From an uncultured Rhodanobacteraceae bacterium (GTDB lineage Bacteria > Pseudomonadota > Gammaproteobacteria > Xanthomonadales > Rhodanobacteraceae), in contig CBINBI010000011.1 in assembly GCA_966248875.1 (NCBI GenBank), positions 1,287 to 65,286 of the forward strand: a DNA stretch of 64,000 bases, given 5' to 3'. Below the pieces are notes generated by a model. The model worked only from the letters and a program-made list of their open reading frames with translations, did no database searches and was not told the DNA's origin. Positions 18,769 to 27,537 of this stretch are shown piece by piece. Position numbers and translations under genes: made by a program. Positions within the stretch are counted from its first letter, which is position 1. Every line of letters begins with the position of its first letter.

Positions 18769-18923
18769 TCGGCCGGCATCTTTCTTCTCCCGTTGCGAGG
18801 GAGCGCCACTCCGGATCGAATCCGGAGCCTGATACGGATGAGGGCGGCTCGCGGCTGCCCTCATCCCGTTCTCTCCCGTGAGCGGAGAGGCCAGAACGCG
18901 CGCGCATTCCGGAAGACACCACA

Positions 18924-20291
18924 ATGGCGATCGAAACCCCGGCCGTCCGCGAAACCACGTCCATCCGCGAAGGCAGCCTCGAAGCGCCGACGCGCCACCC
19001 GCTCGACTGGAAGAACCCAGAGTTCTACGACCAGGACGCGATCGACCGCGAGCTGCACCGCGTCTTCGACATCTGCCACGGCTGCCGCCGCTGCGTCAGT
19101 CTCTGCAACGCGTTTCCGACGCTGTTCGATCTCGTCGACGAATCCTCGACGATGGAAGTGGATGGCGTGTCCAAGGCGGACTACGCGAAGGTCGTCGACC
19201 AGTGCTACCTCTGCGACCTCTGCTACCAGACGAAATGCCCCTACGTGCCGCCGCATCCGTGGAACGTCGATTTTCCGCACCTGATGCTGCGCGCGAAGGC
19301 GGCGCGCCACAGGCGCGGCGAGACGAAGCTCGGGTCGAAGCTGCTTTCCGACACGACGAAGGTCGGCAAGCTCGCGACGATTCCGGTCGTCGTGGAGGCG
19401 GTGAACGCGGGCAACCGCGCCAGGCCGATGCGCAAGCTGCTCGACAAGGCTCTCGGCGTGCATCCCGACGCACGCCTGCCGACGTTCGACGCGCGTACTG
19501 CACGGCGGCGGCTGAAGCACGTGGATGGCTCGAACGCGAAAGCCGTCGTGCCGGCCGGCCGCACGCGCGGCAAGGTCGCCCTGTTCGTGACCTGCTACTG
19601 CAACTATTCGCATCCCTCGTCGGTGGAGGATCTCGCCGCAGTACTGCGCCACAACGGCATCGCCGTGAAGCTGGTCGAGCGCGAAGTCTGCTGCGGCATG
19701 CCCAAGCTCGAGCTCGGCGATCTCGACACCGTCGCGAAGTACAAGGAGACGAACATCCCCGTGCTCACCGCGGCGGTACGCGACGGCTGGGACGTCACGG
19801 CCGCGATTCCGTCCTGCGTGCTGATGTTCCGCCAGGAGCTGCCGCTGATGTTTCCGGACGACGACGACGTCCAGCTCGTCAAGCGCCACGTCTTCGACCC
19901 GTTCGAATATCTCTGGCAGCGGCACCAGGCGGGATTGCTCAAGACGGAATTTCCGCATCCGCTCGGCAAGGTGGCCTGGCACGCGCCCTGCCATCAGCGC
20001 GTGCAGAACATCGGCCCGAAGACGCGCGACGTGCTCGCGCTTGTCCCCGGCACCGAGGTCGTCGCGATCGAGCGCTGCTCGGGCCACGACGGCACGTACG
20101 GCGTCAAATCGGCGACCTATCCGATCGCACGCAAGATCGCGCGGCCCGTTGAAAGCCGCATCACCCAGGCCGCACCCGATCACTTTGCGAGCGATTGCCC
20201 GATGGCGGCGTCGCACCTCGCGCACGGCATGAACGACAAGCCGGCGGCCGAAAGCCCGATCAGCCTGCTGCGCCACGCGTACGGGATCTGA
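18924..20291 (+). CDS. (Fe-S)-binding protein, heterodisulfide-reductase/GlpC-like, with 4Fe-4S ferredoxin motifs and CCG domains
   Basis: CHGCRRCVSLC and CYLCDLCYQTKCP cluster motifs. Cys-rich CCG-type repeats (FVTCYCN...CCGMP and HAPCHQ...ERCSGHDG). Confidence 0.8.
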   Translation: MAIETPAVRETTSIREGSLEAPTRHPLDWKNPEFYDQDAIDRELHRVFDICHGCRRCVSLCNAFPTLFDLVDESSTMEVDGVSKADYAKVVDQCYLCDLCYQTKCPYVPPHPWNVDFPHLMLRAKAARHRRGETKLGSKLLSDTTKVGKLATIPVVVEAVNAGNRARPMRKLLDKALGVHPDARLPTFDARTARRRLKHVDGSNAKAVVPAGRTRGKVALFVTCYCNYSHPSSVEDLAAVLRHNGIAVKLVEREVCCGMPKLELGDLDTVAKYKETNIPVLTAAVRDGWDVTAAIPSCVLMFRQELPLMFPDDDDVQLVKRHVFDPFEYLWQRHQAGLLKTEFPHPLGKVAWHAPCHQRVQNIGPKTRDVLALVPGTEVVAIERCSGHDGTYGVKSATYPIARKIARPVESRITQAAPDHFASDCPMAASHLAHGMNDKPAAESPISLLRHAYGI

Positions 20292-20342
20292 TGATTCATT
20301 CCCCTCTTCCGAACGCCGGGAGACGGAAAAGCGAAAGACACG

Positions 20343-20924
20343 ATGAAAAAGCTCACGCACGCCGATCTCTGGAAGCTCGAAGACTATGCGCGCGAACGCG
20401 CCGCCTTCCGCGCGAGGGTCATCGCGCACAAGAAGAACCGCACGGTCCATCTCGGCGAGCACGTCACGCTCGTATTCGAGGACCGCCTGACGATCCAGTA
20501 CCAGGTGCAGGAAATGCTGCGCATCGAGCGCATCTTCGAGCCGCAGGCGATCGACGAGGAGCTAGGTGCCTACAACCCGCTGATCCCGGACGGCACGAAT
20601 CTCAAGGCGACGATGCTGATCGAGTACGAGGATGTCGAGGTGCGCAAGCGCGAGCTCGAGCGGCTGCGCGGCATCGAGGACATGATCGCGCTCGAGATCG
20701 GCAGCGAGCCGCCGATACTCGCGATCGCCGACGAGGATCTCGAGCGCAGCAACGAGACGAAGACCTCGGCCGTGCACTTCCTGCGTTTCGAGCTTCCACC
20801 GGCGGCGACGGCACGACTGCGCGCGGGCGATCCGCTCTCGTTTGCCGTCGAGCACCCGCACTATTCCGCCCGCGCGACCACAACGCCGACCGTGCGCGAG
20901 GCGCTGCTCGCCGATCTCGACTGA
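20343..20924 (+). CDS. DUF3501 family protein
   Basis: 193 aa: MKKLTHADLWKLEDYARERAAFRARVIAHKKNRTVHLGEHVTLVFEDRLTIQYQVQEML... From memory, this recalled family usually follows a rubrerythrin and a CCG Fe-S protein. Confidence 0.65.
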   Translation: MKKLTHADLWKLEDYARERAAFRARVIAHKKNRTVHLGEHVTLVFEDRLTIQYQVQEMLRIERIFEPQAIDEELGAYNPLIPDGTNLKATMLIEYEDVEVRKRELERLRGIEDMIALEIGSEPPILAIADEDLERSNETKTSAVHFLRFELPPAATARLRAGDPLSFAVEHPHYSARATTTPTVREALLADLD

Positions 20925-21011
20925 GCGCGGCCGGAGGGCCGCCCGGCGCAGCGGGGAGACTCGGCGGCGCGCCGGCATTAAACTCGTGCGCCCTTCTCCG
21001 CCCCGCACGAT

Positions 21012-21728
21012 ATGGACGATCGCGCCCTGCCGACTCTCGCGGACGCCGACGAGACGCACCCCGCATTCCCGCGCTGGCCCGGCATCGCGCCCTTGCCGAA
21101 CGCGCGCATGATGCTGCACGTGGGCGCCGAGACGGTGGAGAATTTCCTGGTCGTCGGCGATGCATGGGGACAGCTCGTCGCGCGCACGCTCACGCCCGCT
21201 TCGCGAGTGCTCGACATCGGCTGCGGCTGCGCACGGACGGCGCGCACGCTTCTTCATCATCCGCATATCGAGGATTACCTCGGCCTCGACGTGATCGCGC
21301 CGTACATCGCGTGGAACACGCGCTTCATCGCTCCGCTGACCGGCGGGCGCTTCCGCTTTGCCCATCTCGACGTGCGCACGCCGCGCTACAACCCCGATGG
21401 CGCCATTGCCGCCGAAGCCGCGCGCTTTCCGGCCGAGGACGGCTCGATGACGCTGGCATTCGCCGCGTCGCTGTTCACGCATCTCCGTGAGCAGGCGGCG
21501 CTCCGCTATCTTGCCGAAGCCGCACGCTGCGTCCGCGCGGGAGGCGTGCTCGTCGCGTCGATCCATGACCGGCCGGCGGCCGGCGAGGTCTTCAGCGGCG
21601 ACGAGTTTCGCGCGGACGTGCGGCCGGACTATTTCGTCGCGCTCGCGGCGCAGAGCGGTTGGTCGCACGCCGAAACCGTCGGCGACGTCTGCGGCCAGAA
21701 GGCCTTCCTCTTCCGCCGCGCCGCGTAG
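21012..21728 (+). CDS. Class I SAM-dependent methyltransferase
   Basis: Motif I VLDIGCGCARTARTLL, then acidic loop GLDV and motif-post-I features. 238 aa. Confidence 0.7.
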   Translation: MDDRALPTLADADETHPAFPRWPGIAPLPNARMMLHVGAETVENFLVVGDAWGQLVARTLTPASRVLDIGCGCARTARTLLHHPHIEDYLGLDVIAPYIAWNTRFIAPLTGGRFRFAHLDVRTPRYNPDGAIAAEAARFPAEDGSMTLAFAASLFTHLREQAALRYLAEAARCVRAGGVLVASIHDRPAAGEVFSGDEFRADVRPDYFVALAAQSGWSHAETVGDVCGQKAFLFRRAA

Positions 21729-21786
21729 CACGAGGCGCCGGCGAGCCGCTGTTGACACGCATGCCGCGCTGAACGCAAATCCGCGC

Positions 21787-24168
21787 ATGGCCGTCTCCTA
21801 CCGCTTCGGCGAATTCAGGCTGGACCCCGCGACGCGCGAGCTCTGGCGCGGCGACGCGCCTGTCGCCGTGCCGCCGCGCGCGTTCGACTGCATCGTCTAC
21901 CTGGTCGAGCACCGCGAGCGCGCCGTCGGGCGCGACGAGCTGATCGCCGCCGTCTGGGGACGCACGGAAACCGGCGACGGCACGCTCGGCCAGACCGTGC
22001 TGGCCGCTCGGCGCGCCCTCGACGACACCGGCAAGGAGCAGCACGCGATCCGCACCGTGTTCCGCTTCGGCTATCACTGGGTCGCGCCGGTCGAAGTCGT
22101 CGAGGAATCGCGCGAAGCGGCAGTGGGTGAAGGCGCATCGCCGCCCGTGTCGTCCGCGGAAACATCTCGCGCGCCGACAAACGACGGTGCGGCACACGCC
22201 GCCGACGCCACGGTGCGATGGCGCGATGGGCGCGTGATCGCGGGCGCGGCGTTCGCCGTCGCGATCCTGCTTGCTGCGGTCCTGTATCTCGCGAGGCGCC
22301 CCGATGCGCTGCCCGCAAGCCCGGATGCCGTCGCTTCGCAAGGCGCGATCGCGCTCGTGCTGCCGGTCACGGTCGACGCCGGCAGCGGCTACGACTGGGT
22401 GCGCCTCGGACTCATGGACCTGATCGGCGCACGGCTGCGCGCAGCAGGCCTGCCGGTCGTGCCGAGCGACAACGTAGTCGCGCTGACCGGCAGCGCCGGT
22501 GAGGATACGGACGCCACCGATCTCGCGCGCGCGACCGGAGCGACGCTGGTCGTCGATCCGCGCGCGCAATCGGTCGGGGGTCGCTGGCGCGTCACGTTGC
22601 GCACCGTGCACGGGCACGATCCGCCGCTGACTTCGGCGGGCGAATCGGCCGACGTGCTCGCCGCGGCGCGCACCGCGGCGGACGAGCTGGCGCGTCAGCT
22701 CGGCTACGCGTCGATGCGGACCGTGCCGACGGACGACGATCCGCTCGCTGTCGCCGGCCTCTCGCAACAGATCGAAGCAGCCATGCTGAGCGACCGTCTC
22801 GACGCCGCGCGCGCGCTCGTCGCGAGCGCGACGCCGGAGCAGCGCGAGCAGCCCGAGCTGCGCCTGCGCCTCGCGCAGATCGAATACCAGGCCGGCAATT
22901 TCGATGCGGCCCAGGCGGGCTTCGAGGCAGTCGCGCGCGACGCCTCGGCGGAACAGGACGCCGTGCTGCACGCGCGCGCCGTCACCAATCTCGGCGTGAT
23001 CGCGGCCATGCGCGACGATCCCGCGGTCGCGCGGCGCCGCTTCGACGAGGCGATCGACCTTTTGCGCAGGCAGCACGCACCGGACGCGCTCGGAAAGGCG
23101 CTGAACGGCCGCGCCAACATCAACGGTCTCGAAAATCACTACGACGCCGCTTTGCGCGACTTCGCCGAGGCGCGCGCCGCCTTCGAAGACAGCGGCAACC
23201 TGCTCGCGCTTGCCGTGCTCGATTCCAATCTCGCCGCGATGGACATGCACCGCTATCACTTCGCCGAAGCCGCGCCCGCGTTCCAACGCGCGGCCGAGCG
23301 GTTCGCGACCTTCGGCGTGAACGCGGCCGAGATCAACGCGCTGACCGGCGTCGCCGAGCTCAGGCTCGCGCTGCTCGAGCCCGACGCCGCCCTCGCGACC
23401 GAGCCCCGGATCGCCGAGCTGATCGCCATCGTCGCCGACCCCGCGCGCAAGCGCGCCGGCGAGCTCACGCGCGTCGAAGTGCTCGCCGCGAACGGGCGCC
23501 TGCGCGAAGCGACACACGGGCTGGAGAAGGCGAGCGCGGATGCGGCGGCCGCGAACGACCGCGCCGCCATCACGCGCGGCCACATGATCGCGGCGCGCCT
23601 CGCCGCTGCGCGCGGCGACGCACAGCTCGCCGCCGCCGAAGCCGAGGCGGCCTTGCAACGCGCGACCGTCGCGGACGACGCCCGTGAGCGGGCGCGCATG
23701 TTTCGCCTGCGCATCCGCGCGCTGCTCGACTCCGGCCAGCCGGCCGCGGCCGAAACGGCGCTGCGGGCGTTTTTGGCCTTCGCCGACGAGGACGGTGCGC
23801 CGCCGGTGCGCTTCTATGCGCATCTCGCGAGTGCCGACTGCGCGGCAGCCCGCGGCGAGCCGTCCGCCGGCACGATGTACGCCGACGCTCTCGCCGAAGC
23901 CGACGCGCTCCGCATTCCGATCGATGTCCGCGAAGCCGTCGAGGCGTACTCGGCCTGGCAGGTCCGGAACGGGGACCTTGCCGGCGCCAGCGCCGCGGCC
24001 GAGCGTGTCGCCGGCTGGGCGGCGCGCGACTACGGGAGCGCGCTGGTGCAACTGCGCGTCCAGCGCGCGCTCGGCGACGAGACGCTCTGGCGCTCGGCAC
24101 TGACGCGCGCCCTCGCGCTGGCCGGTGAGCGTGTGGTACCGGCCGAGCTTTCGGCTGCGATGCCCTGA
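21787..24168 (+). CDS. Membrane-anchored ToxR/CadC-like transcriptional regulator: N-terminal OmpR/PhoB-type winged helix, one TM, periplasmic TPR-rich region
   Basis: MAVSYRFGEFRLDPATRELWRGDAPVAVPPRAFDCIVYLVEHRERAVGRDELIAAVWG...IRTVFRFGYHW. TM is VIAGAAFAVAILLAAVLYLA. A long Ala/Leu-rich helical repeat region follows. Start at internal ATG 21787. Confidence 0.8.
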   Translation: MAVSYRFGEFRLDPATRELWRGDAPVAVPPRAFDCIVYLVEHRERAVGRDELIAAVWGRTETGDGTLGQTVLAARRALDDTGKEQHAIRTVFRFGYHWVAPVEVVEESREAAVGEGASPPVSSAETSRAPTNDGAAHAADATVRWRDGRVIAGAAFAVAILLAAVLYLARRPDALPASPDAVASQGAIALVLPVTVDAGSGYDWVRLGLMDLIGARLRAAGLPVVPSDNVVALTGSAGEDTDATDLARATGATLVVDPRAQSVGGRWRVTLRTVHGHDPPLTSAGESADVLAAARTAADELARQLGYASMRTVPTDDDPLAVAGLSQQIEAAMLSDRLDAARALVASATPEQREQPELRLRLAQIEYQAGNFDAAQAGFEAVARDASAEQDAVLHARAVTNLGVIAAMRDDPAVARRRFDEAIDLLRRQHAPDALGKALNGRANINGLENHYDAALRDFAEARAAFEDSGNLLALAVLDSNLAAMDMHRYHFAEAAPAFQRAAERFATFGVNAAEINALTGVAELRLALLEPDAALATEPRIAELIAIVADPARKRAGELTRVEVLAANGRLREATHGLEKASADAAAANDRAAITRGHMIAARLAAARGDAQLAAAEAEAALQRATVADDARERARMFRLRIRALLDSGQPAAAETALRAFLAFADEDGAPPVRFYAHLASADCAAARGEPSAGTMYADALAEADALRIPIDVREAVEAYSAWQVRNGDLAGASAAAERVAGWAARDYGSALVQLRVQRALGDETLWRSALTRALALAGERVVPAELSAAMP

Positions 24169-24385
24169 AGCCGAAGCCTCCGGCGGCTGCGCCTCTGATG
24201 GCGCTCGTCAGGCGCATTGCCGCCTGCCACGACGAAACGCCGAAGCGAGGTGAAACTCCGCCGGAAGCGCTTGACGCACAAGGGCCTTGATGCGAAACAA
24301 ACGCGTCGCGAACGAAACGGACATGCGCGGCCCGAGCCCGGCTCGCATGCTGGCCGGCGGTCCTTCCGCTTGTGGAGATTCCTTC

Positions 24386-25801
24386 ATGCTGTCATCGAAA
24401 CATTCCGCGCTCCTGGCGCTATCGCTGCTGGCGTCGCTGAGCGCGGTACCGGGCGTCGCCGCGGACGGCGATCTCGATCCCTCGTTCGGCACCGGCGGCA
24501 TCGCGTACCTCACGCCCGACCTGGTCTCGGCTCAGGAGCTGCAGCCGTACGCCTCGGCGGTGCTTCCCGACGGCAAGATCCTCTTCGCCGGCAGCCTCGA
24601 CAAGCCGACCGGCGTGCCGTTCGAGCAGGAATACCGCGGCATGCTGGCGCGCTTCAACGCCGACGGCTCGGTCGACGAGAGCTTCGGCAACACGACGATT
24701 CCGGGCGTCGTCGAAGTCCCGGCGCTGATCCCCGCAAACCGAATGGAGGGCATCGAGTCGATGGCGGTGCTGGACGACGGCTCGATCGTCGCCGTCGGCG
24801 TGTCGCAGGTGAACTCGCCGCTGATGGGCTTCGTCATCAAGCTCGACGCGGACGGGCATCTCGCCGCGGATTTCGGCAACAGCGGCGTGGTGCTGATCGG
24901 CGCCACGTTCCTGCACACGGTCGGCGTCGACAGCCAGGGCCGCATCATCGCTGCCGGCGAGCACGTCGACAGCGGCGTCTACACGGCCACCGTGCTCCGC
25001 TACAACCCGGACGGCACGCCCGACACCGGCTTCGGCGACAACGGTTTCACGGCCATCGAATGGGACGGTGCCGGCAACTCCGGCTATCTCGCCGATCTCC
25101 TCGTGAACCCGGACGACAGCGTGATCGTCGGCGGCTTCTACAGCGTCTACGGCGACGGCTTCGGCAGCGATTTCGCCATCGCGAAGCTCGACTCCACGGG
25201 CGCGCTCGATCCCGCGTTCGGCGACGGCGGCTGGCGCGTGTTCCATGATCCCGGCGACGACTCGTTCATCAATGCGATCCTGCGCCTTTCTGCCACACCC
25301 GACGGCGGCATCGCTTTCGCGGGCTACTACTATGTGCTCGACACGAGCACGAGCCCGCTGATCCTCGGCCATCTCGCCGCCGACGGCTCGACCGACGCCT
25401 CGTTCGGCGATGCGGCGACGCCGGGCTACTTCCGGCCCGCCGTCCTGCCGACCGCGCAGAACGTCAACGCGACCGATCTGGTGACGCAACCCGACGGCAA
25501 GCTGCTGGTCAGCGCGTACTACTACGCGTTTCCGGACAAGGAGAACTTCTTCGCGCTGCGCACGACCGCGAACGGTCAGCCCGACGCGACGTTCGCGAAC
25601 GGAGGCACGTTCGAGCTCGATCTCGCGCCCGACGGCGTCTACAGCGAGGCCGAGACGATCGCGCTGCAGCCGGACGGCAAGATCATCATCGCCGGCCGCG
25701 CCGAACGCTCGGAGGAGTTCCTCGTCGATCTCGGCGTCGTGCGGCTGCTGAGCTCCGGAGCGCCGGACGACACGATCTTCACGAACGGTTTCGATCCCTA
25801 A
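24386..25801 (+). CDS. Secreted delta-60 repeat (beta-propeller-like) protein
   Basis: Signal MLSSKHSALLALSLLASLSAVPGVAA. About 7 repeats of D-G-x-x-D-x-x-F-G-x-x-G (DGDLDPSFGTGG, DGSVDESFGN, DGHLAADFGNSG, DGTPDTGFGDNG, TGALDPAFGDGG, DGSTDASFGDAA, NGQPDATFANGG). GGAG lies 8 nt before ATG 24386. Confidence 0.8.
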   Translation: MLSSKHSALLALSLLASLSAVPGVAADGDLDPSFGTGGIAYLTPDLVSAQELQPYASAVLPDGKILFAGSLDKPTGVPFEQEYRGMLARFNADGSVDESFGNTTIPGVVEVPALIPANRMEGIESMAVLDDGSIVAVGVSQVNSPLMGFVIKLDADGHLAADFGNSGVVLIGATFLHTVGVDSQGRIIAAGEHVDSGVYTATVLRYNPDGTPDTGFGDNGFTAIEWDGAGNSGYLADLLVNPDDSVIVGGFYSVYGDGFGSDFAIAKLDSTGALDPAFGDGGWRVFHDPGDDSFINAILRLSATPDGGIAFAGYYYVLDTSTSPLILGHLAADGSTDASFGDAATPGYFRPAVLPTAQNVNATDLVTQPDGKLLVSAYYYAFPDKENFFALRTTANGQPDATFANGGTFELDLAPDGVYSEAETIALQPDGKIIIAGRAERSEEFLVDLGVVRLLSSGAPDDTIFTNGFDP

Positions 25802-25822
25802 CGCAGGTTGCGAAGCTGCCTT

Positions 25823-25857
25823 CGCTCTTCCCTCTCCCGCAGGCGGAGGGAAGAGCG
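25823..25857. terminator. 12-bp hairpin between convergent genes (delta-60 protein / apt)
   Basis: CGCTCTTCCCTC (25823-25834) pairs with GAGGGAAGAGCG (25846-25857) around an 11-nt loop. No clear U-tract on either strand. Confidence 0.55.
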
Positions 25858-25859
25858 CT

Positions 25860-26384
25860 TCAGCCGAATCGCAGCACGGCGTGCAGCGGCGCCTCGCGCA
25901 GCCAACGTGCGCGCCCGTTCAGCGCCGCGATCTCGGCGACGACGGCGGCACCGGCGAGTGTCGCGCCGGCGTGCTCGCAGAGGTTCGCGGCGGCAGCGAG
26001 CGTGCCGCCGGTCGCGAGCACGTCGTCGACGAGAAGCACGCGCTCGCCGCGGACCAGCGCGTCGGCGTGCATCTCGAGCCGGTCCGAGCCGTATTCGAGC
26101 GCGTAGTCCACGCCGATCGTCGCGGCCGGTAGCTTGCGCGGCTTGCGCATCGGCACGAAGCCGGCTCCCAGCGCGTGCGCCGCGGCAGCGCCGAAGATGA
26201 AGCCGCGCGCCTCGATGCCGACCACGCGCTCGACGCCCAAGGCGCTGAACGGCGCGACCAGCGCCGCGACGGCGGCGGCGAACGCCTGCGCGTCGCCGAG
26301 CAGCGGCGTCAGGTCCTTGAACACGACGCCCGGCTTCGGAAAGTCGGCGACGTCGCGCACCCGGCTCGCGATATCCAGGCTCAT
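25860..26384 (-). CDS. apt: Adenine phosphoribosyltransferase
   Basis: 174 aa. DFPKPGVVFKDLTPLL, VVGIEARGFIFG and the PRPP motif VLLVDDVLATGGT. GGAGGAG precedes the ATG. ATGA overlap with the upstream DMT gene. Confidence 0.95.
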   Translation of the reverse strand: MSLDIASRVRDVADFPKPGVVFKDLTPLLGDAQAFAAAVAALVAPFSALGVERVVGIEARGFIFGAAAAHALGAGFVPMRKPRKLPAATIGVDYALEYGSDRLEMHADALVRGERVLLVDDVLATGGTLAAAANLCEHAGATLAGAAVVAEIAALNGRARWLREAPLHAVLRFG

Positions 26385-27304
26385 GTCTCCTCCGGCACGG
26401 GCTCGGCAACCGGTGCAAGCCTGCGGTACGAGCCGACGAAGATGCCGATCAGCGACAGGCCGACGCCGATCCAATCCAGCGTCCGCGTCGGCCGCGCAAA
26501 CAAGATCACGTCGAACACGAACGAGAGCGCCGGCTGCAGCAACAACAGGAGGCCGATCAGCGAGGCAGGCAGCTGCGGCATCGCGCGCGTCAGCAGGACC
26601 CAGCCCAGCACCTGGCCGAAGAAGCCCAGCCCGAGCAGCGACCACCATGACTGCGCGTCCGGCAGCGCGAACGAATCGCCTTCGGCGAGCGCCGCAAATC
26701 CGAGCACGACCGCGCAGACCAGCGAGCTGACGCAGAGCAGCTGTGCCGGCGCGAGCCGCACGTGGCCGCTGCGCTGCGCGTGCCGCGTCGACAGCATGTA
26801 GACGGCGTAGGCGACGCCGGTGACGATGCCGAGCACGACGCCGAGGTGGTATTCCGCCCCGACGCGGCTCCAGTCGAGCCCGACCAGGAGATAGAGCCCG
26901 ACGAACGCAAGCGCGACACCGGCGAGAAACTGCCAGCCGAGCCGTTCGCGATAGATCAGGAAGCCCGCGAGCGCCATCAGGAACACCTGGAAATTGCCGA
27001 GCAGCGTCGCAAGCCCCGGCCCGACGTAGAGGATGCTGCGATGCCAGAGCATCAGGTCCGCCGCGAACGCAGCGCCGGGCACGAGCAGCCAGGCGAGGTC
27101 GGAGAGCGCCACGCGCCGCCACTGCTTCAGCGCGATGAGGCCGAGCAGCAGCATGGCGCCGCCGAAGGCCATGCGGTAGAACGCCGACACCGTCGGACCG
27201 ACGTGCGCGAGCTTGACGAAGAGGCTCGTGGTGCTGATCGCCGCGGCGCCGGCGATCATCTCGACCAGCGCGGCGCGCGGCATGTCGGAATGGGACGCGG
27301 CCAT
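26381..27304 (-). CDS. DMT-superfamily (EamA-like) transporter
   Basis: 307 aa with about 10 hydrophobic helices in two halves (…FYRMAFGGAMLLLGLIAL… / …WWSLLGLGFFGQVLGWVLLTRAM…). Start at internal ATG 27304, overlapping the upstream stop as TGATG. Confidence 0.8.
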   Translation of the reverse strand: MAASHSDMPRAALVEMIAGAAAISTTSLFVKLAHVGPTVSAFYRMAFGGAMLLLGLIALKQWRRVALSDLAWLLVPGAAFAADLMLWHRSILYVGPGLATLLGNFQVFLMALAGFLIYRERLGWQFLAGVALAFVGLYLLVGLDWSRVGAEYHLGVVLGIVTGVAYAVYMLSTRHAQRSGHVRLAPAQLLCVSSLVCAVVLGFAALAEGDSFALPDAQSWWSLLGLGFFGQVLGWVLLTRAMPQLPASLIGLLLLLQPALSFVFDVILFARPTRTLDWIGVGLSLIGIFVGSYRRLAPVAEPVPEET

Positions 27305-27537
27305 CAGGCGATCGCGTCGTACTCGGGCAGCGGCAGCCCTTCGGTTTCGGCGGCTGCGAGCCACTCCCGCATCGCGGGCAGCGCGAGCAGCGCGTCGGAG
27401 TAGCGCCGTTCGACGCCGCCGAACGCGACATCGTAACTGCGGAAGTGCAGCACGACGGGCGCGTACAGCGCCCACGACGAATAATTCTTGTTGCCGATGA
27501 CCAGCGTGAGGCCGGCGGTCCGCGCGTCGCCGCTCAT
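27304..27537 (-). pseudogene. In-frame internally deleted glutathione S-transferase remnant (77 codons)
   Basis: The N-terminus LTLVIGNKNYSSW is the start of a recalled ~220-aa GST subfamily. It runs directly into ALYAPVVLHFRSYDV...LLALPAMREWLAAAETE, which in full-length members lies about 140 residues later. Confidence 0.6.

Noticed and set aside
21592-24051. 819-aa minus-strand ORF opposite the CadC-like regulator
   Set aside because: Shadow ORF with Arg/Gly/Asp-rich composition. The plus strand has a clear wHTH, TM and TPR architecture.
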